Part shown: positions 1 to 10,377 of the stretch, one piece after another
Position numbering within the stretch: position 1 is the stretch's first letter
How the letters are laid out: every line of letters begins with the position of its first letter
NCBI GenBank assembly: GCA_043228905.1
Contig: JBHGNT010000720.1
Coordinates: forward strand, 1 to 16,821
Length of the DNA stretch: 16,821 nucleotides
From: Azolla caroliniana
Lineage: Eukaryota; Plantae; Polypodiophyta
Direction: 5' to 3'
Notes under the pieces: generated by a model
What the model was told of the DNA's origin: nothing
Database searches by the model: none
Seen by the model: only the letters and a program-made list of their open reading frames with translations
Program-made: the position numbers and the translations under genes

Positions 1-1639
1 AGAAGGACCACAACAATCAACACCGGTGGCCCCGGTAACTCGACAGAACGATCAAACCCCGATGACGGTGGCGGGCCTAGATACTCATGAATCGTCCACA
101 CAGGAGCTCGCCACACTAAGGGAAGACCTGGCAGCACAAGAAGCCTTACGTGCCAGGGAACAAGAATTGAAAAAAGCGGCGGAGGAGGAACAAAGGAGAA
201 CGGCCAACAACCTCCGCCGAACAGAGGAAAGCTTGAGAAGAGGGCATCAAGCGTATGATCGGCTGAAAGAAGAGAAAGACAAACTCCTCCAAGAAAAAGA
301 GAAACTCTGGAGGATGGTGGAAGTGGAGATTGAGCGCCTCAAAGAAGAACTTCGACAACAAAAAATCGTGAGGACCGCGCTCGCCGACTTATAAATCAAA
401 AGCTAAAACAGAAAACCAACAACTTCGATCGACTGCACCGGGACTATAAGCATTTAGATGCCGATCATAAGAAATTGACTACCGAAAATGACCGGCAGCA
501 AGAAAAGTGCAGAGAACTCCGGGAGGAAGTTAACCGGTTGACGACGGTAGTGATGGAAGAGCAGTCGAAGGGAGCCGAACAAGCGAAACAACTAGCGGCA
601 ACAACGAAAGAACGACTAGCCTTGCAAGTGCAGTACCATGCGGAAATGGAGCGCGCTACAATGGCTCTGAACAGAGTTTAGACGACATATCAGACCTAAC
701 TCATGCATTACAGAAGCCAAGAAGCAGCAACCGCAAGCCTGATCAAACAATTGAAGGACGAAAAAACAGGTCGTGGAAAACAAGTCGAAGATGGGACTAG
801 GGCGGATCCGGGACATCGTACTGGCATGGAAGAATCGAACGAAGCAATTGGTGGAAGAAAGCTCAGTATAGTGGTGGTCGAAGTGGGCTAAGCAGGCAAC
901 CGAGCTACAGTTACTGCGGGCAAATGCGGAAAACCAGCGGAAAGAAGGCGACGAAGTTTACATCCTGGATAGAGAAAGCATTGAAACAATAAAGTATGAA
1001 CTATCAGATGATTTCCTATCCTTGGCTGGTGAACAGAGGGTGGCGGTACGCCAATTGGTGGCACAACTGGATGATGACCAAGTGGACAACCAACTCTGCT
1101 TCAAGAAGTACGAACGGGAACGGCGACGGCAAGAAATGGCCAAGAAAACTGCGGCGTTTAGCATAAGTGACGAGGAGCCATTTTCAGAACAAACGCCGAT
1201 TACAACCGGGGAAAGCTAACCAGATAGTACGCAAGAGGAGCCGCTAGAGGAAGGTAATCGGCAGACACCGGGGCACGCCAGACAACAGAACCAGGAGATG
1301 CCAAGGCCGGATGAGCCAGAAAAAGAGGAAGAGTCGGTCAGCCTGACGGAGCCGGTAAGATCAGTTGAGCCGGAAATGGAGACAGAGCTGGTGAGACTAA
1401 CGAAGGTGCCAAGGCCGGGTGAGCCAGAAAAAGAGGAAGAGCCGGTCAGATTGACGGAGCCGCAAGCGACAGATGTTAACCAGCAACAGCCACAACCGGA
1501 GCCAGAGCGACAAGAGGAGCCGCCACAGCCGTAGGAACAGCAGGAGGGGGAACAGGAGTATCCGACGACAGAACAACTTCCCGAGGAACCATTGGAAGCC
1601 TTAGATCAAAGTATTCTGGACATTTTGGAGGATGAATGA
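1..1639 (+). pseudogene. Decayed long accessory ORF: SMC-like coiled coil, conserved WxxWxxQxxELxLLRAxxEN block, Glu/Pro-rich tail ending LDQSILDILEDE*
   Basis: ORF fragments 26-394, 475-681, 703-~770, 782-1219, 1298-1639 chain together across stops and frameshifts; heptad-like E/K/R/Q-rich sequence; peptide similarity to the E3 ORF. Confidence 0.75.
1298..1462 (+). repeat. 108-nt-period duplication in the ORF tail (PRPxEPEKEEExVxLTEP twice) with EPVRLT-like subrepeats
   Basis: atgccaaggccggatgagccagaaaaagaggaagag at 1298 versus gtgccaaggccgggtgagccagaaaaagaggaagag at 1406. Confidence 0.9.
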
Positions 1640-1673
1640 AGGCCGGATAGTGGGATTCGACGTATAAGGTACT

Positions 1674-1690
1674 GTCCTACGGGTGTGCCA
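1674..1690 (-). other. PBS-like site TGGCACACCCGTAGGAC (tRNA-Arg(UCU)-like), 2 nt from the LTR end ...CTAACA
   Basis: Minus strand reads GCTAACA-TA-TGGCACACCCG. The same geometry occurs in E3. It resembles the complement of the plant tRNA-Arg(UCU) 3' end as recalled (TGGCAC[A/G]CCCGGTGGGAC) with a 1-nt gap. Confidence 0.65.
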
Positions 1691-1692
1691 TA

Positions 1693-2073
1693 TGTTAGCC
1701 GACTAGCAAGGGAAGTCCAGAATGGGAAATGAGGGGATAATTAATAACCGGGAGCTGATTATATATTTATATAGAATTATTATGATTTTGAGAAGCGAAC
1801 GGACGGACACGGAATCGGTATGCCGATCCGGATTTGAACCGGTTCGTTGCCGGTTGCCGGTTGGCACCGGTTTGTACCTAAAGCCGGAGATCTATAAAAA
1901 AGGCCAGCTAGATTGTAATCATTAGCAGATAATTAATAGAGTGATGTTGTTCTACATCTTAATCATTGTTAATTACCGTTCTGTGCTAAGTGTAATTTAT
2001 CCTACGCGTGTATTGTGACTAATGATATTGCCGCTATTAACCCATTAGGGTTCCATTAACCGTCGGTCTAACT
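1693..2073. repeat. LTR of E1 (~381 bp)
   Basis: Imperfect terminal inverted repeat TGTTAG-CCGAC ... GTCGGTCTAACT; non-coding; TATA module inside; ends resemble the E3 LTR ends. Only one copy is in the window. Confidence 0.6.
1892..1918 (+). promoter_or_regulatory. CTATAAAA-N12-ATTGTAA TATA-like module in the E1 LTR
   Basis: TATAAAA at 1893, ATTGTAA at 1912; identical 19-nt offset in the E3 LTR. Confidence 0.55.
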
Positions 2074-2268
2074 CTATCTCACTGCAACACCCCTTTGGTG
2101 AAGTGTCTTAAAGGGACACCCTGTGTTAGGCCATTGTTCGGCCCTAGCGATAATACAAAGAAGTATGCTAGACAACAAGATACCTCATGGTGGGAGGTGT
2201 TCTTTAGTGATCAACAAGAAATTATCAATAATTCCTTCATTGGAAATTGGGCATTGCAAAGGTCATTT

Positions 2269-2272
2269 ACGT
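2269..2272. repeat. Left copy of the 4-bp TSD (ACGT) of element A
   Basis: ACGT immediately precedes TG at 2273 and immediately follows CA at 10377. The 5-bp flanks (TACGT / ACGTG) do not match. Confidence 0.85.
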
Positions 2273-3286
2273 TGTCGCGAAAATACGACGGGGATACGTG
2301 AACGTTGAGGCAAGACCCCGAGCCTTTGTCTAGAGGATATCAAATTCGTGTATTTATATACTAAGAATTAACCGAAATGAGAAAGATTAACAAATTTCAT
2401 TAATAAAAGGGAAAGAAAGATTACAATCAATCCCAAGATTGGGATTACAAAAGTTTTATCTTATGGAGATGATTAGAATAATTGATTAGAGGAAATAAGA
2501 GATTATGATTCTTGAGTGATATGGCTTTGACAAGGAATTTTGGATTTTGAGAGATTGCTTCCGTATGGAAATTATGGTTTACTTGAGAGATAGCTTCCGT
2601 AGGGAAGATTAGGGTTATTGGCTTCGATAAGATAAGAGAGCTCCCCAACAAAAGAAAAAAAAATTAGATAATATGGAGAGTCCCTTTGTGTAGGAAAAAT
2701 AAATAAATAAATATGGTTTCCGGTTTTTCTTGCCGGCCGGTTTCATACCTGTTCCGGTTCCGGTTTGCTTGCCGGCCAGTTTCCGGTTTTGCTTACTGGC
2801 CGGTTTGCATACCCGTTCCGGTTCCAGTTTCTCTTGCCGGCCGGTTCAGGTTTTGCATACCGGCCGATTTCCGGATTGCATACCTACCGATTTACGGATT
2901 GCATACCGTCCGGTTTCCGAATTTGCTTACCGGACCCGTTTTCCAAATTTGCTTACCTGCCGGTTTCCGGTTTTAGGGAATTTGGCCACCATCATCCATC
3001 AAGACAAAGTGGCCAAAGTGCTCTTAGCACAAATGAAAAATGAGGGAGCTCAAGGTGTTTATATAGCCAGGGCCTTAACTTTCCTATCTATGTGGGATAG
3101 TTCTAATTTTCCTATCTAATTAAACTTTATTTTCTCATAACTTGGTATGTATTTCTCCATTTTGTATATAGTAAAATACATTTTGAAGCTCTTGAGTATA
3201 TCCATCTTTCTATAGTGAGCTACTAATCTAATCTATAATAATTATTTCATTATTTTTTTACATAATGTGTGAAGATTCACACGACA
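2273..3286 (-). repeat. 3' LTR of element A (1014 bp)
   Basis: TGTCGCG...CACGACA; direct repeat of 8990-10377; TATA-like CTATATAAA on minus at 3066-3058. Confidence 0.95.
2718..2972. repeat. Degenerate (TT)CCGG(TT) tandem array in the 3' LTR
   Basis: Dense ttccggtt, ttgcttgccgg and gcatacc units. Confidence 0.9.
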
Positions 3287-3300
3287 TTCGCCCCCACCAA
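3287..3300 (-). other. Polypurine tract of element A (TTGGTGGGGGCGAA)
   Basis: G-rich tract immediately 5' of the 3' LTR on the minus strand. Confidence 0.75.
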
Positions 3301-3353
3301 ACCTGCACATCCACCGGTATGTGCCAATTTTGGTGAGGATTCATTTTTGTTTA

Positions 3354-4718
3354 CTATACTTTTTCATCGATGCTTAAGACTGAATCGTCAAAAGCTTCGA
3401 ATCCAATTTCTATTCTATCTCTTCTCTTGAAGATCTTGATTCTTTTACCAGCAATTGGCAAGGCAAGTGGTGTACCATCTAGTTCTACTAAATGATATGT
3501 TGCATTATCTTCTACTTTCTTCACCACATATGGCCCAAACCATCGTTGTGAGAATTTTCGAGCCGTACTATGTTGGTTATCTAGGCTATTGTCATAGACT
3601 AGCACCCAATCTCCTTCAACGATTTTCCTCGGCCGAAGTCGATGTCGTTTATCGAAGTCTTTCTTGTTCTTTAGCCTTGCATTCTTTAGTCGCGCTTTAG
3701 CCACCTCTACATCTTCCAAATTCCGCTCTAATTGTCGAATCCTCAATGCTAGAAGATCTTCTCTACTTATCTCATCTTGCCATGGCAATGCAAACCATGA
3801 AATAATACTTTGTTCTACTGGCATTATTGGCTTTTGTCCGAATATGAGCTCTGTCGACATGTATCCCGTCACCGTGCTATGAGTAGTCCTGTCAGCCCAT
3901 AATGCAAATGGCAATAGACGTGGCCATTCTCCTATTTTCCCATGGCAAGCTTTCACTAGAGCCTTCACAATCGGTCCATGTCCACGTTCCACCTTCCCAT
4001 TTGCTTCCTGATTATACGCCATGGTAAGAGATAATTTGATTCCCATCCTCGAGAAGAATTCTCTAGCTTCATTGGCGTCCAACTCGCCTCTATCAGCCAC
4101 TATCTTGCTGACGCATCCATATCTGCAAATAACATCTTCAAGAAGGAATCGGCATACCGATGATGTCTCCTTAGTTCTTAATGCTCGCCCTTCAACTTGA
4201 TTGGTAAGATCCTCTCTTGCGAGCACAGGATACTTCATCTGCCATCGTCCCATTGGCATCATCACTATGTCCACCATCCACTTGTAATGCATAGCCAACA
4301 GGTAAGTCGGATGAAGTCCATCTCGATGGCGAATATTCGAAAACATTTGACATTCCTTACATGTTTCCACATAAGCTGCTACATCTTTGTAGATGCCCGG
4401 CCACCAATATGCCCATATTCCTCGATGGCCTGCAAAAACACTATCATGAAATTCGGACATTAGTCTTTGTTGGTCTTCTACCTTGCAGACAACTCTCATC
4501 GGAGTCCCATTCTTCTTTTTTGCATGCTTCCAAAGAGCTCCATCCTTAAGGAAATACTTGTATGCTTTCTTCCGAATTCGATGGAAGTCTTCCGTCGACC
4601 ATGATTCATCTTTTTGGAGAGAACTCAAGTATTTCCCGATCTCCACGAATTCGCCTTCGTAGTCCTCTTCTATGAAAGTAGTCAACACCCGAGCATAGGA
4701 ACTTGCAAAGAAATCCAA
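3354..4718 (-). pseudogene. pol: Integrase of element A
   Basis: HHCC zinc finger (HDSVFAGH...CKECQ), D,D,E residues (WMVD, IVAD, KVER), GPY/F motif (WFGPY). In frame with RNase H across a TGA stop at 4772-4770. Confidence 0.95.
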
Positions 4719-4769
4719 GCCAACATCATCTTCATCAGAATGTCGATCTTCTTCTCCGTCGTATCTCGC

Positions 4770-5183
4770 TCATGATAGCATGTCTGCAACAACATTACGC
4801 TTCCCAGCTACATGACAGATCTCCAGGTTGAGTGATTTGATATATGCAATCCAACGCAACATGGCAATATCCGGTGTATTACAACCAGATATCATACCCA
4901 AAATTGGTAGGCAATCTGTCTCAATTATGACTTCTGCTCCAATAAGGTAATCACGATCAGATTTGATTGCCGAGACGATCCCCCATAGCTCCCTCTTCAC
5001 TTGGGCATACCTTCTTTGCCTGTCACTTAACACTTTCGCGCCAAACCGAATTGCATATCGGTTGCAATCTTCACCTTCTTGGTTGATAACCCATCCAATT
5101 CCGATTGGACTAGTATCCACAATCACGAAAATGGGCTTGCCGAATGAATAGTCCGCTTTCCGTAATGCAGGTGCCTCCATCAA
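4770..5183 (-). pseudogene. pol: RNase H of element A
   Basis: VDTSPIGIGW, YAQVKRELWG, IETDCLP, NVVADMLS motifs. Confidence 0.93.
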
Positions 5184-5198
5184 TAATTTCTTCAGCCT

Positions 5199-6768
5199 TC
5201 AGATGGCGATTGTATGCTCGCTTGTCCATTCGAACATCCGCTTCTTCTTTAGTAGACCATATAATGGCTCAGCAATGTGGGCGTAGTGTGGAATCCAAAT
5301 ATGATAAAACGCGCATGCTTCAAGGAACCTTCGAACCTCCGTTTGGGTTACACATTCTTCTTTCATGTCTTGAATTGCATTCACCTTGGATGGCGAAGGC
5401 TTCCGACCGTATGCTCCACACAAGTGACCTACCACCAGGATCTCCGGTTGCCCGAATGCGGATTTTTCTCCCGAAAATGTCAAATTCGCATCTTCGAGCC
5501 TTTGGAGCACCTTCTCGCAATCTTTCATATGATCCATGACGAACTTTCTACATCCATCCTTATCTTTTGATTCATCCTTCTCTTCATCCGAACATCCTTT
5601 TATCGGAATATCATCTAAGAATGGCATCGTGATATCCGGGATGCAATCCTTCAAGACCTTGTTCATGGCATTCACCATATGAGCCACCGAGTTCGTTGCG
5701 CATTGAGGTAAGGTACACATCTGCACCAACCCGATTGGAGTTCTCATGGTTGTAATGTCACGACTGTCGACCGCCAACTGGAATTGATCGTAGCCAGAGT
5801 AAAGATCGTCGATGGAGTAGATGGACCGGCCCGCAAACGCCTCGGCAAATTCATCCACACTCGGACCGATTCCAGCATTCCGAATTGTCACCTTGTTGAC
5901 GGGTTGAAGATCTTGAATGAATCGCAACGATCCATTCTTCTTTGGCACCGTGAACCACCTATTAGAATAAGGAGCATTCGATGGTTCTAGAATTCCCATC
6001 CTCACCTTCTCCTTTAAGAGCTCGATCAGCTTCGGTAGGTGTGCTCTCGGAACTGGTATCGGTTTCAAATTCCAAGGCACATGCGGCACCATGAAGATCA
6101 CCATCGGTTCTACCGTCCTTGGATTAGCACACCCGATTTCTTGTGGAAAAAACGTGAAAGCCTTCCCACGAAACATCCGCTCCTCTTCAGGGAGGAGGAA
6201 ATCCTCCCTTCCAACTCATAGCTTTTCCCTTCGTCTCTTCAGTGAAGACATGAACAATTGTATTTGGGTTCCTTAAGCTTGGATCTTTTGCAACTTCCTT
6301 CATCTTTTGCCAGCTATCTTCCGGTAGCGGAACTGCAACTGGCTTGATCTTCCTATCCATGGTTTTATATTTTGTGTTGACTTCGACTTCCTCTATCAAG
6401 ATGCCTCGACGATATTCATCGATGATAGTATACATGTTGACGGAGTTAACCGAAATCACATGTTGATGGTGAGGATAGCTCAAATCCACGACTTCCTCGA
6501 TTTCGCCGATGGTGTCGTTAAATGAGGCTTCCTCCAGAATATATGACACGAATTCTTCTTCTTCGATTATGCTTTCTTCTTTCAGCACCTCCTCGAAGTC
6601 TTGTATCTGACACTTTTCCTTCTTGTTGAGTATTCTAAGTTTGCATGCGCCGCCAGGTGTGACGCATGTTGCTTCTCCTTGCAATCCACGCACTTTGCTT
6701 CCTTGTGGGGACTTATGATTGCTCGGACTATTTGTGCCCCATGCTTCAATAGTCCGCTTTAAAAATCC
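5199..6768 (-). pseudogene. pol: Acidic spacer plus reverse transcriptase of element A (frameshift and stop near 6190-6230)
   Basis: KYKTMDRKIKPV, LRFIQDLQPVN, DLYSGYDQ, LPQCATNS, FLDDIPIKG motifs. The frame opens at the slippery site at 6768. Confidence 0.95.
6706..6768 (-). promoter_or_regulatory. -1 ribosomal frameshift signal: G_GAU_UUU, 5-nt spacer, H-type pseudoknot
   Basis: Heptamer 6768-6762 directly before the UAA stop; stem 1 CGGACUAUU/AAUAGUCCG (6756-6748 / 6732-6724); stem 2 UGGGG/CCCCA (6741-6737 / 6710-6706); the -1 frame is the open frame of ORF 6693-6187. Confidence 0.8.
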
Positions 6769-8936
6769 GAGGATTCGCCTCCAAGGCTATCTCGGTTCCT
6801 TTCATGATTAGCTCGCACCATCAGGAATTGAACGGATCTTTTACTATCAAGACTCTTGATGCGTGCGAAGGCCGCTCCATTATCGAACACCTTGGTCTCC
6901 ATCCGGGACGATGTTATATATGGTTGTCCTAGGATGACGGGATGTGAAGCCGAGTCTTGTACGAAGAAGTGTTGATCAATCTCTACATCCCCGATCGTGA
7001 CTTTAACGTTGGGGCAAGCTCCGTACAAGTCCTCTGTAGCCTTCGTCGCCGCTCGAATCTTCCATCCGTGGTTTGTATTAATCGGCCATCTTCCTTTCTT
7101 GTAGAACTCAGTCGACATGAGGTTAATCTCTGAGCCATGGTCAATCAAAGCGACCACGGTCTCTTTCTTCTCCCCGATCTTCACCGGTGTCTCCGTTGTC
7201 GCTCTTGCCCAATGAGGCCGCGAGTAATGGCTATCCGCCACCACTTCTTCTTCCTCCTCCTCTTCCGATCTTGCCATGGTTATGGCACTTGTTTTCACCT
7301 CCTCTTCATCAGATTGTTGCCGCTTCCTCTTAATAAGGTCCACGATAGTATCATGGAACTCCTTCTTCGCGATCCCAAGTAGCTCTCTCAAGGTAAGGTC
7401 GACATGACTATCTAAAACCTTCTCCTCAAGGACCTTCTGCAAGTTAGTTGTTTGTTCTATGTTCGACCTTAGCTTGTAAGTCAGTGCCGCTCGTTCTTTT
7501 CCTTTCTTCGTTGATTCTTCGACTTCCATCCGAGCAGGTTGGCTCGATCCACCGGGCTTCATGTTTGTTTCACCAATCTCTTTTCTTGGGATAGGTTGGG
7601 GTGGCCCTTCTTTCCCTCCGTTCCTCGTGTTAGGTCGCTTTGATGTGCCATCTTCTTCACCGGTTCTCTTCCTCTTCTCTTCGACAAGGGCTTCATAGGT
7701 GTCACACACAACCTCCGCAAAGCTTGTGTTTTCGTCGATTGGATCTGACCATCCGGTTGCTCGTCGCACATTTCGGTCAGCAAGTTTTAGATCCTCCGAA
7801 TTGATTTTGCCTTTTTCTTCGCACTCGAAGACCGTTGGCCAAAACCCAGCTCCTGGCTTGATCATTTTAAGATTCTCTTTTCCAACTCGTATCCCAGCCG
7901 AAGCGGCATAGTGCATAGCCTCCACATGCCTTGCATCTTCTTCTACAATCTTTTTCAGCCCACCTCTTCCGAAGTTCACTCGTTGTGGCTTCCGGGTCTC
8001 GCTCGAGTGAATCATGTTGCCGTCCAAATAGACGACATTCTTGCGGATCGCATCTTGCAAGTCAGCACATTCCCTTCGTGAGTGTTCAAAGCTATCGCAC
8101 CACACACATCTATACGCTTCTTTTCCCTTGGGCCCGCGTCGACCTAAGTTGGCTAGCGATACCGCTTCAAACTTCTTGGAGAGCTCTTCGATTATAGACT
8201 CCTCCATTGCTTTCTTGTCGAAATTGTTGATTGGCTTACTAGGCTCAATCGTCGTAGGTGCCTTCTTCCACAATTGTGGATTCTCGACCTCAGCTTCCTC
8301 TTGCCATTGTCGTCACTTATCAAAACGGTTGCAAGCCTTCTTCACCGCCGCCCAGTCCGCTACCAAACCATTTGGTTGTGTTTCGTCCTCCAAGAAACTA
8401 CCCAATTCTCGCCGATCTTTCGCATCCATTGCCTTTAGGAATAACAAGACTTTATCTCCGTCGAGAACTCGTTGCTCGACACTCGGAAGTCGGTTGTACT
8501 TCTGGTCGAATTCGGCATAAATTCCCGATGCACACATATTCTTCCCTTTCTTCTCAATCCAATTCATTAACGCATGCCGAGTCATCCACGATGCGTCTTC
8601 AAGCATGTATTCAGTGAGAAGAGCCCTTTCGAACTCCGCACAAGTTGCATGCTCGTTTTGGATCTCCATCACGCGCTCACGGATCCCGGGTTCTACCACA
8701 CGCTTAAAGCTTGAAATTTGTTTTGGATCATGGACATCTCTTTGTTGCATCTCATTCTGGTAGGTAGCAAGGAAATTTGTGATGTTCTTCCCACCGAATC
8801 TTCCAACTGTCTCCACAGTTCGGTCAACAGCTTTGTCGACTAAAGCCTCCCGATCTCTCTCTTTCAGCATGAATTCGACAACGGACACCATGCCTTTCAT
8901 CAATTCTTCTCCTTGAGTTCCACTTGTCGAAGCCAT
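6759..8936 (-). pseudogene. gag: gag plus aspartic protease of element A (single frame, one premature TGA at 8315-8313)
   Basis: ATG at 8936; ORFs 8972-8313 and 8273-6759 are in the same frame; zinc knuckle CVWCDSFEHSRREC; protease motifs ALIDHGSEINLM and VILGQPY. Confidence 0.92.
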
Positions 8937-8967
8937 CTTCGTACTTGATATCCTCCTACTGCCTCGT

Positions 8968-8985
8968 TTCACGTCGGGTTCACCA
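8968..8985 (-). other. Primer-binding site complementary to tRNA-Trp (TGGTGAACCCGACGTGAA)
   Basis: 18-nt match to the recalled plant cytosolic tRNA-Trp 3' end (TTCACGTCGGGTTCACCA), 4 nt inside the 5' LTR. Confidence 0.9.
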
Positions 8986-8989
8986 AAGA

Positions 8990-10377
8990 TGTCGCGAAAA
9001 TACGACGGGGATACGTGAACGTTGAGGCAAGACCCCGAGCCTTTGTCTAGAGGATATCAAATTCATGTATTTATATACTAAGAATTAACCGAAATGAGAA
9101 AGATTAACAAATTTCATTAATAAAAGGGAAAGAAAGATTACAATCAATCCCAAGATTGGGATTACAAAAGTTTTATCTTATGGAGATGATTAGAATAATA
9201 GATTAGAGGAAATAAGAGATTATGATTCTTGAGTGATATGGCTTTGACAAGGAATTTTGGATTTTGAGAGATTGCTTCCATATGGAAATTATGGTTTACT
9301 TGAGAGATAGCTTCCGTAGGGAAGATTAGGGTTATTGGCTTCGATAAGATAAGAGAGCTCCCCAACAAACGAAAAAAAATTTAGATAATATGGAGAGTCC
9401 CTTTGTGTAGGAAAAAAAGAAAAAGAAAAATGGAGTTCTCCCTTGATCATAGCCTTTTCCCTTTTTGTTGCATGGCCTCTACTTTTAGTTGCCTAGCTTT
9501 TTCTTTTGGTTGCATGTGACTGTCCACATGACCTTTACTTTTTCCATGCACTCCCTTCTTTAGTTGCTTGCGTCCACATGGCCTTTACTTTAGTTCTCTT
9601 CACTTTACTTTAGTTTGTTGCATGATCCAATCTTTCGTCCGTCCGCGTCCAACCTCGTCCGGTAGCCGGTTCCATTTTGCTTGCCGATCGGTTCCGGTTC
9701 TGATTTTGCTTGACGTCTGGTTTGCTTGCTGGTTCCGGTTCCGGTTTTTCTTGCCGGCCGGTTTCATACCCATTCCGGTTCCGGTTTGCTTGTCGGCCGG
9801 TTCCGGTTTTGCTTACCAGCTGATTTCCGGTTTTGTTTACCGGTCGGTTCCGGTTTGCTTGCCGGTTCCGATTCCGGTTTTGCTTGCCGGCCGGTTCCAG
9901 TTTGCTTGCCGGTTCCGGTTCCATTTTTGCTTACCGGTCGGTTTCCGATTTTTCTTGCCAGCCGGTTTCATACCCGTTCCGGTTCCGGTTTGCTTGCCGA
10001 CCCGTTTCCGGATTTGCTTACCGAACCCGTTTTCCGGATTTGCTTACCTGCCGGTTTCCGGTTTTAGGGAATTTGGCCACCATCATCCATCAAGACAAAG
10101 TGGCCAAAGTGCTCTTAGCACAAACGAAAAATGAGGGAGCTCAAGGTGTTTATATAGCCAGGGCCTTAACTTTCCTATCTATGTGGGATAGTTCTAATTT
10201 CCCTATCTAATCAAACTTTATTTTCTCATAACTTGGTATGTATTTCTCCATTTTGTATATAGTAAAATACATTTTGAAGCTCTTGAGTATATCCATCTTT
10301 CTATAGTGAGCTACTAATCTAATCTATAATAATTATTTCATTATTTTTTTACATAGTGTGTGAAGATTCACACGACA
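8990..10377 (-). repeat. 5' LTR of element A (1388 bp)
   Basis: Direct repeat of 2273-3286 plus an extra ~9420-9735 segment and a longer array; TATA-like CTATATAAA on minus at 10157-10149. Confidence 0.95.
9658..10063. repeat. Degenerate CCGGTT tandem array in the 5' LTR
   Basis: Many ccggttccggtttgcttg units. Confidence 0.9.

Larger units (their letters stand above)
1..2073. mobile_element. E1: partial LTR retroelement (coiled-coil accessory ORF on +, PBS-like site on -, one LTR); continues left of the window
   Basis: Decayed ORF, PBS-like site and LTR-like segment in the same order and spacing as homologous element E3 (13778-16821). The right boundary could alternatively be 2089 (TGCAACA). 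Confidence 0.7.
2273..10377 (-). mobile_element. Element A: full-length (8105 bp) disabled Ty3/Gypsy LTR retrotransposon, non-chromovirus
   Basis: Paired TG..CA LTRs, TSD, PBS, PPT, domain order gag-PR-RT-RH-INT, no chromodomain; in-frame stops and frameshifts in gag and pol. Confidence 0.97.

Noticed and set aside
26-681. Coiled-coil ORFs as a host myosin/SMC gene or an env gene
   Set aside because: No exon structure, ATPase motifs, signal peptide or transmembrane helix; both homologues are tied to LTR-like ends.
1636-1740. Small CxxC ORF after the long ORF (VLSYGCAIC* in E1; MGSPDNVLAHRCAKCYP in E3), and the antisense peptide GTPVGQ
   Set aside because: The E1 version has two stops, and the conservation is explained more simply by the PBS-like and hairpin nucleotide constraint.
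2445-2651. 68-aa ORF present in both LTRs of A (also 9162-9368)
   Set aside because: Conservation merely reflects LTR duplication; non-ATG start and no recognisable motif.
9658-10063. Repeat array as CRISPR or telomeric repeat
   Set aside because: No constant repeat-plus-unique-spacer structure and no cas genes; only a single TTTAGGG at the array edge.
9568-10210. Overlapping ORFs up to 188 aa in the LTR arrays (also 2713-3119)
   Set aside because: Stop-poor CCGGTT repeats are open in several frames on both strands; the products are low-complexity artefacts.
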